Positions 39,108 through 50,912 of a stretch of 64,000 bases of DNA are shown piece by piece. Made by a program: the position numbers and the translations under genes. The notes under the pieces are model-generated. The model searched no databases. It was not told the DNA's origin and was given only the letters and a program-made list of their open reading frames with translations. This stretch comes from Octopus vulgaris (Eukaryota): assembly GCA_951406725.2 (NCBI GenBank), contig OX597818.1:80662001-80726000 (forward strand). Direction: 5' to 3'. The stretch's first letter is position 1. Every line of letters starts with the position of its first letter.

Positions 39108-40034
39108 GTGGAAGATACTGTAAAGATTACCCTTTTCATATTTGCAGTATTCCTAATAACCATTGCATTTTTATTTTTATTCATGATCACAGTTTCTTTT
39201 AAGGGGTATTTAGCTCAACATTAATCCCACCTTCTCTTTTAAAATGTGAAGCCCCTCTACAGCAAGAAACTTGTTCTGTTCTGATTTCTTCTCTCATACT
39301 TTAACACCCGCTCATCTCCTAGCATAAAGTCACCTTTCTTAGGGGCTTGTAAGTCCTGCAAGCTGCATGTTAACCTCACCAGTGCAGACAACACACACGT
39401 GTATGTGTGCGTGCACACACACAAAAGCATCCAGTATATGCTGCAAATGGGTTGGCAATTAGGCATCTGTAGAAATTATACTAAAGTAAACAATGGAGCA
39501 TAATGAACAGCTCAAGAAAGATATTCATTAGGGTCTTAATATGAATTTGCCTAAGTACATTGGTGTACAGCCCGATTTAACATATAACAAGTTTGGGCAT
39601 GTGTCTTGGTAACACAGGTCTTAGAAGTCATCAGAAAAGTCACACACAGAGAGAAATTGTTAACCTCGCACTGTACAACATATCAACTTGTAGCGGGTGT
39701 GGAAAAGAACGTGCATCAGGAGGCAGATGAAAATGTCATATAGAGGTTCACTAAAACAATATTATAACACCTACTGCAAGAAGTGCCCAGCATTGCCATG
39801 TCGGTACAAAAGGATATAGGTTCCCAGTGGGACTGAAAAGCCACATCCCTGCTGCTCATGTTTAAGGGTTGACTTTATACTCAAAATCAAGTCACAACTA
39901 TTGTGCATGCATGTAGTCCATGTGTTTATTGGCAATAGATATAAATAGTGGATAACAAGGAAATTGCTGATGAACAAGTGCAGCAAATGAAAATATCTTG
40001 TCATCCTTAATTCCACTCAAGTTACACAGGCACT

Positions 40035-40419
40035 AGTGGAGGCGCAATGGCCCAGTGGTTAGGGCAGCGGACTCACGGTCGGAGGATCGCGGTTTCGATT
40101 CCCAGACCGGGCATTGTGAGTGTTTATTGAGCGAAAACACCTAAAGCTCCACGAGGCTCCGGCAGGGGGTAGTGGTGAACCCTGCTGTACTCTTTCGCCA
40201 CAACTTTCTCTCGCCCTTTCTTCCTGTTTCTCTTGTACCTGTATTTCAAAGGGCCAGCCTTGTCACATTCTGTGTGTCACGCTGAATCTCCTCGAGAACT
40301 ACGTTAAGGGTACACGTGTCTGTGGAGTGCTCAGCCACTTGCACGTTAATATCACGAGCAAGCTGTTCCGTTGATCGTATCAGCTGGGACCCTCATCGTC
40401 GCAATTGACGGAGTGCTCC
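40035..40419 (+). mobile_element. tRNA-derived SINE family E with 12-bp TSD
   Basis: A box tggcccagtgg, B box ggtttcgattccc; TSD tacacaggcact at 40023-40034 and 40420-40431; degraded relatives at 22770-23110 and 61660-61960. Confidence 0.9.
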
Positions 40420-40582
40420 TACACAGGCACTCCTTTATCACTATTGTTATTAGAACCTGTGAACCTATTAAGATCGTGTAACCAATGACATCATTGTCGA
40501 CAATGTACACAATTAATGAATCACGGGTTACTGAGGTTATCACTCTCTGTTACATAGCCAAGTCAATGTTTTCGTTAGTCAC

Positions 40583-40695
40583 TTAGTAGACAGAGAATGG
40601 TTCAGAAAGTGAACTGGTTGAACTGGTGAGTGAAAGTGGGGTAAGAGAAAGTGTTATTTCTGATGTTGCTGTGGCTTTAATTTTGCGGCTTTTCC
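40583..40695 (-). CDS. Candidate terminal coding exon (KSRKIKATATSEITLSLTPLSLTSSTSSLSEPFSVY*)
   Basis: Non-repeat sequence, tttag| acceptor, open frame to TAA, inside the CpG-depleted domain; no homology recognised. Confidence 0.25.
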
Positions 40696-42884
40696 CTAAA
40701 TTCAATAAGATGTAATCAAAGAACACCCAGTTTGGTGGTTTGAACCTTTATGAGTCAGATTACTGTGTGAAATGTAATGCTAATTTATTCACATTGTTTT
40801 GAGTTAATCATGCATTATCATGTAGCTTTGAGATTTTGATGATATGGTTGTTTATCTTTAAAATGACATTGTAAGGTAAGTGTGAGAGACCAGATCTGGC
40901 CAGTTTGAGCATTAAAGAGGTATAATATTTTGGTCAGATATGGACGGTTTAAATGCCAAAGGGATAATGCTGTAGAGAACTTGAAAAAAATACCCTTTCT
41001 ATTTTGAGTTCAAATCATTCTGAAGTCGAGTTCATTTCTGTTTGCCCAGGAGCAATTAGATAAGTACCAGTCAAATATTGAAGTAGACTGTACACCATGA
41101 TCATGTCATTGTAGTCAACCAACTCTGAAATTAAATTTTATGGCTATTCAACTTGTCTGTGCTGCTGTCACATAAAAAGCACTCAGTCCACTGAGCAGGG
41201 GGATTGGTGTTAGGAAGGGCATCCAGCCCTGCCAAAGCAGACACAGAAGCCTGGTGTAGTCTTCTACTGGGCTGGTTCCTGTCAAATCGTCCAACCCATA
41301 CCAGCATGGAAGACAGATGTTAAACGATGATAATGATTCAAGTAATGTTAGATATCTGTTAAAAAATGGAATTGGTATTTTCTGCAAGTCACATTGCCTC
41401 AGCAAACCTGATAGAAAATAGTTTCGAAAACGACATTACATTCCTCAACAAAAGATAGATTGGTATATAAAACTGCTTTCTTGCAGTTAGGGGTTATGTA
41501 ATTTTGAAAGGATATATCTGCTTTCTGCATTGTTTGAGTAAACTTACAGTAAAAAACATTCCAACCATGACATCCTGTCTTTTAAAAAGTATTTAGCCCA
41601 ACATTATCGCATTTTATTCCTTGAAAAAGCATGATTTAATTGAAGTTTCAGCTGCTGTTTCTAGCAGACTGTGTAACCATATAACAACTCCATCTTTGAC
41701 TCACTGTATATAGAGTTCATCTTTTATGGAATCATAAGATTGGGGACATAATCTTCTCAGATGGATTTTTGTTAGGTTCAGTCAAAAGTGTAAGGACATT
41801 GTGCATGCTCTTTTTCATGACCTCCAATGAGTGAGAGGAGAGTTGGAAGGACAGAAGAAAGGAAGAAAAAAAAAAGAAATATTCTCAAACCAGACTGGCT
41901 TGAATGCTTAATAGAGCTGAACTCCTCTGAAGTACACCACCACCAAGAAAGAACTGGGTGATAGTATTAGAGTAGATTAAGTGTATCACCTAAGACCAGG
42001 ATGGCCTCTCTGACAGGTTTCCAAGTAGTTTTTGTCTGTAAGAATTTCACCCACAAGACTTCAGCAAACTCCAGGCTATGGTAAAAAATTTTTGGAAAAA
42101 AACCCTATTTTTTTCTATGGTGCCATGAGGTGAGGTTGAACTTTAAAATATATTAGTGTTAGGAAGCAAATTGTTTAACCACTCAACCATGCCTGCTCAC
42201 AATCAGTCAAGGAAGAGAGAAAAATTAAACTATGTTACCCACACACTGTACTTGCTAACATTTTGTCCTCAATAGGAACAACAAAGAAAAGCATTCTTTT
42301 GTATTTGTTGTTGTGGTATTTGTGATTTTATTTCCTTGGCTGAACAACTAACTTCCACAACTGAGTAATTTGTATTTATTGAGCCAAATTCCATTCTCAT
42401 TCAAATATATTTTTTTCTTTTACGTTTTCTATCTGCCCTTGGAATCTACAAATCTCAAATTTTAAAGATGATTGACCATATCGTCAAAATCGCAAAGCTA
42501 CAAGATAATGCATGATTAACTCAGAACGATGTGAATAAATTAGCATTACATTACACACAGCTATTCAAGCAACCATCCTCTGGTTTGAGAATACCTCCTT
42601 CTTTTCTTCCATCCTTCCTTCTACCTTTATTAGAAGCTATGAAAAGGGGCATGTACAATGTTCTTATACATTTGATTGAACCTAACATATTCGTCCAGGA
42701 CTGCTTTCAGGCTTGTTGGTATAGTTGAGATCCCTTAGCTCCAAATCGGACTCAGAACCAGCAGAAATATGGCAGGGTGCAATGTACGGAATCATTGCTT
42801 CAGACACATCATGCTTCTACTCAGTGGAGCACCCTACTATATACACCGTGATATAGTCATTTGTTGAAAGGTACGAAGTGTGGC

Positions 42885-43218
42885 CAGAAGATGATCTGGC
42901 AGAATCGTTAGATAAAAACACTTTCCGACATTTGTTCAGTTTCTTTACATTCTGAGTTCAAATCCTACCGGGGGTTAACTTTTAAAAAAGGCGGCGAGCT
43001 GGTAGAAACGTTAGCACGCCAGGTGAAATGCTTAGCAGTATTTCGTCTGCTGCTACGTTCTGAGTTCAAATTCCGCAAAGGTCGACTTTGCCGTTCATCC
43101 TTTCGGGGTCGATAAATTAAGTACCAGTTACCCACTGGGGTCGATATAATCGACTTAATCCGTTTGTCTGTCCTTGTTTGTTCTCTCTGTGTTTAGCCCT
43201 TGTGGGTAGTAAAGAAAT
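42885..43218 (+). mobile_element. Family B SINE dimer (old head plus young full copy) inside a 16-bp TSD
   Basis: aggtacgaagtgtggc 42869-42884 and aggtatgaagtgtggc 43219-43234. Confidence 0.75.
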
Positions 43219-43517
43219 AGGTATGAAGTGTGGCTGTTTAGACATCTTTATTATTATTTCTATTTATTAACAAGTTACATAATAGTTAATAAACAACTAG
43301 TATGAAATGAAAAACTGTAGAAAATGAAAATGATATTTTTTTTATTAGAAAAAATAGATTTACTGAATAAACAATCAAATGAACATAATCTATAAAATAC
43401 GGCGACACTTTGATATTTGGTGTTTAAATATTTTTTTCTGGCAGAAGTGAAAGTATGAATTCGACAAAGGTGTGGTGTATACAGTGTTTAATATTTTGTT
43501 TTCATTTCCTTTTCCAG

Positions 43518-43573
43518 GATCAAAACAAACAGATTGGATACATTAAAAACACTGAAATAGCAAGGTTGTTCAG
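43518..43573 (+). CDS. Candidate 56-nt internal exon (DQNKQIGYIKNTEIARLF)
   Basis: Strong acceptor ttttgttttcatttccttttccag|, donor CAG|gtaaat, exactly one open frame. Confidence 0.35.
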
Positions 43574-43598
43574 GTAAATATATATATAAACACTCACT

Positions 43599-43636
<38 letters not shown>

Positions 43637-43858
43637 TCTGTCTGTGTCTATCTGTATATCTGTTTATCTGTCTGTCTTTTTATTTATCTTTCTATCTGTC
43701 TCTCTCTATTTATCTGTTTGATTGTGTCTATGCATGGGTGTATATACATATCTGCGGGCTAACCTTGGTACCTAGTATTGCCCAGAGGTTGAATTTGTAG
43801 AGACAGTTCTTTGTTAAAGTAAATAATTTAATGTATAACAAGTTTTTATCGAGTTTTT

Positions 43859-44123
43859 GGCATTCTTTCGACATAACTCGACAAAATCAAAACATTTCTC
43901 TTCGGGTATTTCCGTGGAAGTAAAATGACAGTTCGATTCTGTTTTCTGCTTGGAAATTTGTGGATTTTAAATACACACATGAAACAGGTTAGAACAACTA
44001 TGCAAGGCCTTTTTTCAAGTTGAAAATGAGATATTGCTGGCATAATTTCATTATATCTATATTTCCACGGAAATACCCAAAGTGAAATATTTTGATTTTG
44101 TCGAGTTATATCGAAAGAATGCC
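43859..44123. mobile_element. MITE with ~60-bp TIRs, GG...CC termini and 8-bp TSD (Merlin- or Mutator-like)
   Basis: TSD gagttttt at 43851-43858 and 44124-44131; TIR ggcattctttcgacataactcgacaaaatcaaaa. Confidence 0.9.
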
Positions 44124-45129
44124 GAGTTTTTGTATGCAATTGACTTTTATGACTCTTATTACTTTTATTACTACCTCAGTTCATCTAAATGTATATACCT
44201 GTCGTTACCTTTCATAAAAAGCCTTTTCTTTTTTTATTTACAATGTGCATTTTCGTTGATTTTTCTTACTTCCCCCTATGTATGTATGTATGTATGTATG
44301 TATGCATGCATGCATGCATTTCAAATTTCAGTACAAAGCTAACAAGTCTGGAGGAGGGGGTACATCAATTACATTAACTCCAGTATTCAACTGGTACTTA
44401 TTTTATCACCCCCACCCCTAAAGGATGAACGGTAATTTGAACTCAGAACAAAGATGGATGAAATGCTGCTAAACATTTTGCCTGATGTGCTAACGATTTT
44501 GCCAGCTTGCTGCTTTTTTTCCCTATTTACATATTGTCAATATATTATCATCTAAGAGAAATGAGTGTGTGTGAGAGAGAGAGAAAGAGATGGAGAGTGA
44601 GCGAGTATGTGTGTGTGTGTGCATGTGTGTGTAAGGAACTTTCCAAAGAATAAGTCCTGGAGTAGATTTACTCGACTAAAGGCGATGCTCCAGCATGGCT
44701 GCAGTCAAATGACTAAAACAAGTAAAAGAGTAAAAGAGAGATACTTTGCTAGTTAAACTAAAAACTTTCCATTAAAACTTCATGTTCTAAATACCAGCTT
44801 AAGAAGGACAAAATTTTTCCACCGAATTCTTCATTAATTTTACTCACAAAATTGTCTTGCTAAATTCTTTGTTAATTTCAAAATTAATTAAAACAGAGTC
44901 ATTGCATTTTAACAGGCATGCACTAACAATAGAGTTAAAGTAGTCTAAATTAAAACCTTCCATAAGAATTTCCATTTATGTTCATTTATTGCAAGCACTA
45001 AATGATGACAAAGTTATTTTACTAAGTGCTAAATTCTTCATTAATTTCAAAATTAATTGCAACAAAGTCAGTGTATTTCAATTGGAATTAGATAACGAAA
45101 GGGTTGGTCCAAAAAGGAAGTCCCCTCCC

Positions 45130-45460
45130 TACTTTTCTAAATCTCTTTAATCTAATCATTCAAAGACATTTTGAATTTCAAATCCCTGAACTGTCCTTTG
45201 GTGAAAATATTTTTATGAATTATATTGCTTTCTCTACATCTGTGAATTGTAGAAATCTCAGAGAAAACTGTTCAGTCACAGCACTTAGAACTTCCATGAA
45301 TTGCTTTGTGTGTTGTTCAAAATTATTACCTGTAGGTTTCTTCAAATATTTTCTTCACTTGTGGGAGGAATGTGAAGCTTTTACTTTCTAAACCATGTTG
45401 AAACATGCCAAGTTTACTGTCAAATCTGTTCATTAAACTACATGTCAATGTCAACAGATT
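45130..45460 (-). pseudogene. hAT (Charlie/SPIN/GTF2IRD2-like) transposase fragment
   Basis: Frameshifted MNRFDSKLGMFQHGLESKSFTFLPQVK and FMEVLSAVTEQFSLRFLQFTDVE resemble FxxKLxLF...HFP and LxxEFxxRFxDF motifs. Confidence 0.6.
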
Positions 45461-45829
45461 TTAAAATTTCAAGTGAAAGAAAAAGAGAAACTTTCAGTTT
45501 AACATTAAGTTTAAATATAATATAATATGAAAAAATTTGTGGAAAATAAGTTTATTCCTAAACCAATACTACTAAGCATTTTGCCCAACATACTAATGAT
45601 TCTGTGTGCTTGCCTTAACATGGAGAAATATTATCTTGGAGACAGGTGAAGGCTGGCAAGGCAACAGGAAAGATATCTGGTCAGATCTGCCTCAAGAAAT
45701 TCTGTCCAACTCATGTAGGCATTGGAAAGTGAACATGATGATGATGGCCATCCATTGTAAACTGATTCCTCTTAAAAAATAAATTAACTTTTCGCAGCAG
45801 CTATCGCTTAGTTAAAACTCTCATCATAA

Positions 45830-47010
45830 AGGGTGTGTGGGTAAGAAGCTCATTTTGCAACCATATGGTTTCAGGTTCAGTCCTACTGCATGGCAATTTG
45901 GTCATATGTCTCCTACTATAGCCTCAGGCCAGCCAATGCTTTGTGAGTTAATTTGGTGGACGGAATCTATGGGGAAGCCTGTTATGTGTGCATATGTGTG
46001 TGTGAAGGTACAGGCATGGCTGTGTGTTTAGAAGCTTGCTTCCCAACCACCTGTTTCCAGGTTCATTCACACTGTGTGACAACTTGAGCAAATGTTTTCT
46101 ACTATAGCCTCAGGCTGACTAAAGCCTTGTGAGTGGATTTGGTAGATGGAAACTGAAAGAAGCTCGTCATATTTATTTATATGTATATAACTATGTGTGT
46201 GTCTTTGTGCCTTTGTTTGTTCCCTCATCACTGCTTAGCAACTGGTGTTGGTGTATTTACAATCCTATAACTTAGCGGTTTGGCAAAAGAGACCAATAGA
46301 ATAAGTACTAGGCTTTAAAAAAAAGTCCTGGGGTTGATTTGTTCAACTAAAATCCTTCAAGGCAGTACCCCAGCATGACCGCAATCTAATGACTGAAACA
46401 AGTAAAAGAATAAAAGAATATATGTGCACGTGTGTGTGTGTGTTTTTGTTTGTCTCCACACCATTTGACGACTGTTATTGGTTTGTTTACATCCCCATAA
46501 TCTAGCAGTTTGGCAAAAGAGAGCAATATAGTAAGTATCAGGCCTAAAAAAATAAGTACTCAGGTCAATTCATACAACTAAACTCCTCAAGGTGGGGGCC
46601 AATTATGACTCCAGTCAAATGATTGAAACAAGTAAAAGATCACATAATCAAAACCTTAAAAAAAACAAAAAAAAAAACTTGTAATTGCAGACAGAATTTC
46701 CTGGTATATAAATTCAGTGCAAAGGAACAGAAGTTTCTGTAAATTGTTTTGCAAGAACAACATTACTGCTTACCATATTAGAGGCAGCATCCGTCATAAC
46801 CAATTTTGATAATTCTTTCTTTTACACAAAATATTTTCACAACACTGTCACATTGGCGTGGCTGTGTGGTAAGAAGTTTGCTTCCCAACCACATTGTTCC
46901 AGCTCAGCCCCACTGTGTGGCACTTTGGGCAAGTATCTTCTATCATAGCCTTAGGCTGACCAAAGTCTTGTGAGTGGATTTGGTAGATAGAAGACAATAG
47001 ACACCTGTTG
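45830..47010 (+). mobile_element. Cluster of nested or tandem family A SINEs, CpG-decayed
   Basis: Heads at ~45830, 46008 and 46853; tails at ~46420 and 46640. Confidence 0.8.
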
Positions 47011-47025
47011 TGTGTGTGTGTGTGT

Positions 47026-47626
47026 ATCATCATCATCGTTTAACGTCCGCTTTCCATGCTAACATGGGTTGGACGATTTGACTGAAGGCTGGCAAACCAG
47101 ATGGCTGCACCAGGCTCCAATCTTGATCTGGCACGGGGGCTAGTCAGGCAATACTGGCAACAACCTTGCTCGAATGTTTCTACACGTGCCACCAGCACAA
47201 GTGCTAGTAAGGTGACGCTGGTAGCGATCACACTCGAGTGGTGCCTTTTATGTGCCACCGGCACGGAAGCCAGTTAGCTGCTCTGGCAATGATCACGCTC
47301 GGATGGTGCTCTTAGCACCCTACAACACGGGGCACAAGTGCCAGTAAGGCGATGCTGGTAACGATAACACTTGAATGGTGCCTTTTATGTGCCACTGGCA
47401 TGGAAGCTGGTTAGCCGCTCTGTCAACGATCACACTTGTATGGTGCTCTTTGCACCCCGCTAGCACGGATGCCAGTCATCGAATTTGATTTCGATTTCAC
47501 TTGCCTCAACAGGTTTTCACAAGCAGAGTTTAATGTCCAAAGAAGGAAAAGGTACGCATAAGTGGGCTGGTTACGCCCTTAGCATAGGCCACGAGGTTAT
47601 GGTCTCATTTGGCTTGCCGGGTCTTC
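47026..47626 (-). mobile_element. 3' end of an RTE-like LINE with an internal A/B tandem array and (TGA)n tail
   Basis: Minus strand starts at ORF-end-like KTRQAK*, ends ggacgttaaacgatgatgatga; ~65-70-bp units at 47130-47478; short relative at 41150-41335. Confidence 0.65.
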
Positions 47627-48069
47627 ATATATATATATATATGAATTTATGTGTCTGTGTTTGTCCCCCGCCCCATTGTTTGTCAATCAATGTTGGTGCA
47701 TTTATGTCCCTATAACATAGCGGTTTGGCAAAAGAGACTAAGTACTAAGTTTATAAAGAATAAGTCCTCAAGCTGATTTCTTTGATTATAACCCTTTAAG
47801 GTGGTGCCCCAGCTTGGCCACAGTCAAATGACTGAAACAAGTAAAAGAATAAGCATTTTTTTCTTTGCTGTGTTTTGAAACAAATCTTCCAATTTTAGCC
47901 TTTTTCTTTTTTTCCATCACATTTTCGTTCAAATGCACTAATTTTGTTTCAGTAAATTTTGAAAACAATGAAGAACTTGGCAAAATGACTTCATTATTAT
48001 TCAGCTGCTGTTTGGAATATAGATTAACGTGAAATTTTGATAGAAGGTTTTAATAAGGGATCACTTTAA

Positions 48070-48637
48070 TCCCTTAACATTTAGTTCACTCTGTCAAATG
48101 TAATGCTTTGAATGAATTATGCGTTATTTTGTTGCTTGACGATTGAGATAATATGATTACTCTTTTACTTGTTTCAGTCATTTGACTGTGGCCATGCTGG
48201 AGCACTGCCTTTAGTCGAGCAAATTGACTCCAGGACTTATTCTATCGGTCTCCTTTTTGCCGAACTGTTAAGTTACAAGGACATAAACACACCAGCATCG
48301 GTTGTCAAGCGATGTTGGGGGGGACAAAACCACACATACATATATATATATACATATATACGACGGGCTTCTTTCAGTTTCCGTCTACCAAATCCACTCA
48401 CAAGGCTTTGGTCGACCTGAGGCTATAGTAGAAGACACTTGCCCAAGGTGCCACACAGTGGGACTGAACCCGGAACCATGTGGTTCTTAAGCCACTTACC
48501 ACACTGCCACTCCTGTGCCTATTGTTTATTTTTAGATTGATATTGTAGGATAGGTATAAGAGGCTTGACCTGGCTGGTTTGAACATTAAACAGGTAGAAT
48601 ATTTTGGCCAGATATGGATGGTTTAATTGCTAAAGGG
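48070..48637. mobile_element. piggyBac-like MITE interrupted by a family A SINE (48157-48520, minus)
   Basis: TTAA|tcccttaacattt ... aattgctaaaggg|TTAA; uninterrupted relative at ~40742-40965. Confidence 0.75.
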
Positions 48638-49726
48638 TTAAACATGAAATTTGAATCATAGGCCAAAGGGTGGCCGCAGATTGGTTTATATGAAAATGAT
48701 TAATCAACTTTCAGTGGATAGAATTTCTGTGAAAATTTCCTGCAATAATAGCTAATTAAACCAATGGTGGTAACATCAATGATTCCATCAATATCAGTTG
48801 AAAATAGGCACAAGTATTTACATTCTTAAAATTGATTTTTTAAAAAATATTAACATTCATTTGTGTAACTCTGTCTTTAACAGTATTTCTGCTTATTGCT
48901 AGCTCATTCTCACACTTTACTATTGCGAGTTTATTATGGGAAATGAAAAATATAGGGTGTATTTAATGAAAGCATTAGTGGGTGATTCTTTTGTAATCAA
49001 TAATATTAAAACTTGCTGCTTCTAAATGCAAAGATCCTGCCAAATAATCTAACTCTTTCATTACCAAATTTCTGCGAAAATACATTGCCTCTGTTTCAAT
49101 TAATTTTGAAATTAATAAAAAATTTTATGAAAACGACTTTGTCATTATTAAAGCTGGTGTTTGGAACGTAAATGAACATGTATTTTTCCTAGGTTTATAA
49201 TTTAGATCACTTTAAATTTCCAAGAACAGAATCAGAAGTAGCCTCAGATTGTTAGTGTCAAAAGAGGTTAAAGGAATTCTCTGATTTAGAATGTTTCCAC
49301 TGTAGCTCTAATGATCATATAATTTTCTAGAGGCAGCTGGTGCTTTGAGTCAAATGCCATTTTACATTCCAAATTCCACTCCCAACTAACTTCTTACGCA
49401 GCATACAAAGAACACTATTAATTTTATCAAATCAACAGTAACACTGCCTTTTTGAGATTTTTTTTTTCTTCAAGCAGTTGATGCCATAAATAGCTATAAA
49501 AAAGCTAAAATGAAGCACTTGTATAACTAAGCCTGCACAAATGGCCAACAATGAGTTGCTAATTCATTAATTTATAAGTGACCTTTAATTTATGGGTTCT
49601 AATATAAAAAGCTGTTTCATTAGACATGATTAAAAATTACATCTTTTTAAACACTGATGTGTTTAAACACTAATCTTTTAAACAAAATTCTTTCTCAAAT
49701 CTACTTAGCTTTTTATACCATAATAT

Positions 49727-50345
49727 TGGTTTCAAGTTTTGGCACAAGGCTAGCAATTTTGGTGGGGGAGCAAGTCGATTATGATGACCCTAGTGCTCAG
49801 CTGGTACTTATTTTACAGACCTCAAAAGGATGAAAGGCAAAGTTGACCTTGGTGGAACTTGAACTCAGAATGTAAAAACAGACCAAATACCACTAATCAT
49901 TTTGCCTGGTGTGCTAATGATTCTGCCAGCTTGCCACCTTAAATTTTGGTTTTAAATTTTGGCACAAGGCCAAAAGGGGATAGGGAAAAGTCAATTAGAT
50001 GGAGCCCAATGCTTTACTGGTACTTATTTTATCAACCTTGAAAGGATGAAAGACAAAGTTGGTCCCTACAGAATTTGAACTCAAAACATAAAGATGGTGT
50101 GCTAATGATTGTGTCAGCTTACTGCCTTTTTTATATCATAATATTAGAGACAGATTTAGGCAACAGGCTGGCAAAATCATTGGCATGCTGGGCAAAATGA
50201 TTAGCAGCATTTTGTTCATCTTTATGTTCTGATTTCAAACTCCACCGAGGTTGACTCTGCCTTATGTCATTTCAGTACTGGGGTTAATGAAATTGAGTTA
50301 GCCCCCTCTAGTATTTACTGGTCTTGTGCCAAAATTTGAAGCCAA
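49727..50345. mobile_element. Cluster of CpG-decayed family B SINEs in both orientations
   Basis: aaggatgaaaggcaaagttgaccttggtggaacttgaactcag etc. Confidence 0.8.
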
Positions 50346-50562
50346 TATCAAAGGCAGTCTTTTTTTTTTCTTCTTCTTTCAAATCCATCGCATGGTATCT
50401 GGAAACATGCTATAGCTGACATGCTGGGTTTGTCTTTACTGCTGGACTAGATTGTACTAACCAATTATTAATCTATTACCTGTGATTCATAATAGGTTTG
50501 CTATCACTAGTTTACACTGTAACTGTACTAATCTGTTATTAATCTATTTAATTACTAGTTAT

Positions 50563-50912
50563 AGGCATAGAAGTGGCTGTGTGGTAAGTAGCTTGCTTAC
50601 GAACCACATGGTTCTGGGTTCAATCCCACTGCGTGGCACCTTGGGCAAGTATCTTCTACTATAGCCTCAGACCGACTAAAGCCTTGTGAGTGCATTTGGT
50701 AGACGGAAACTGAAAGAAGCCCGTCGTATATATATATGTATGTGTGTGTATATGTTTGTGTGTCTGTGTTTGTCCCTCCAACATCGCTTGACAACCGATG
50801 CTGGTGTGTTTACATCCCTGTAACTTAGCGGTTCGGCAAAAGAAACTGATAGAATAAGTACTAGGCTTACAAAGCATGGCCACAGTCAATTGACTGAAAC
50901 AAGTAAACGAGT
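50563..50912 (+). mobile_element. Family A SINE with internal deletion in the tail
   Basis: Consensus match; jumps from cttacaaag to catggcc. Confidence 0.85.

Noticed and set aside
42711-42870. Exon-like segment between ttcag| and |gtacga
   Set aside because: Stops in all three frames; the apparent donor is part of a SINE TSD
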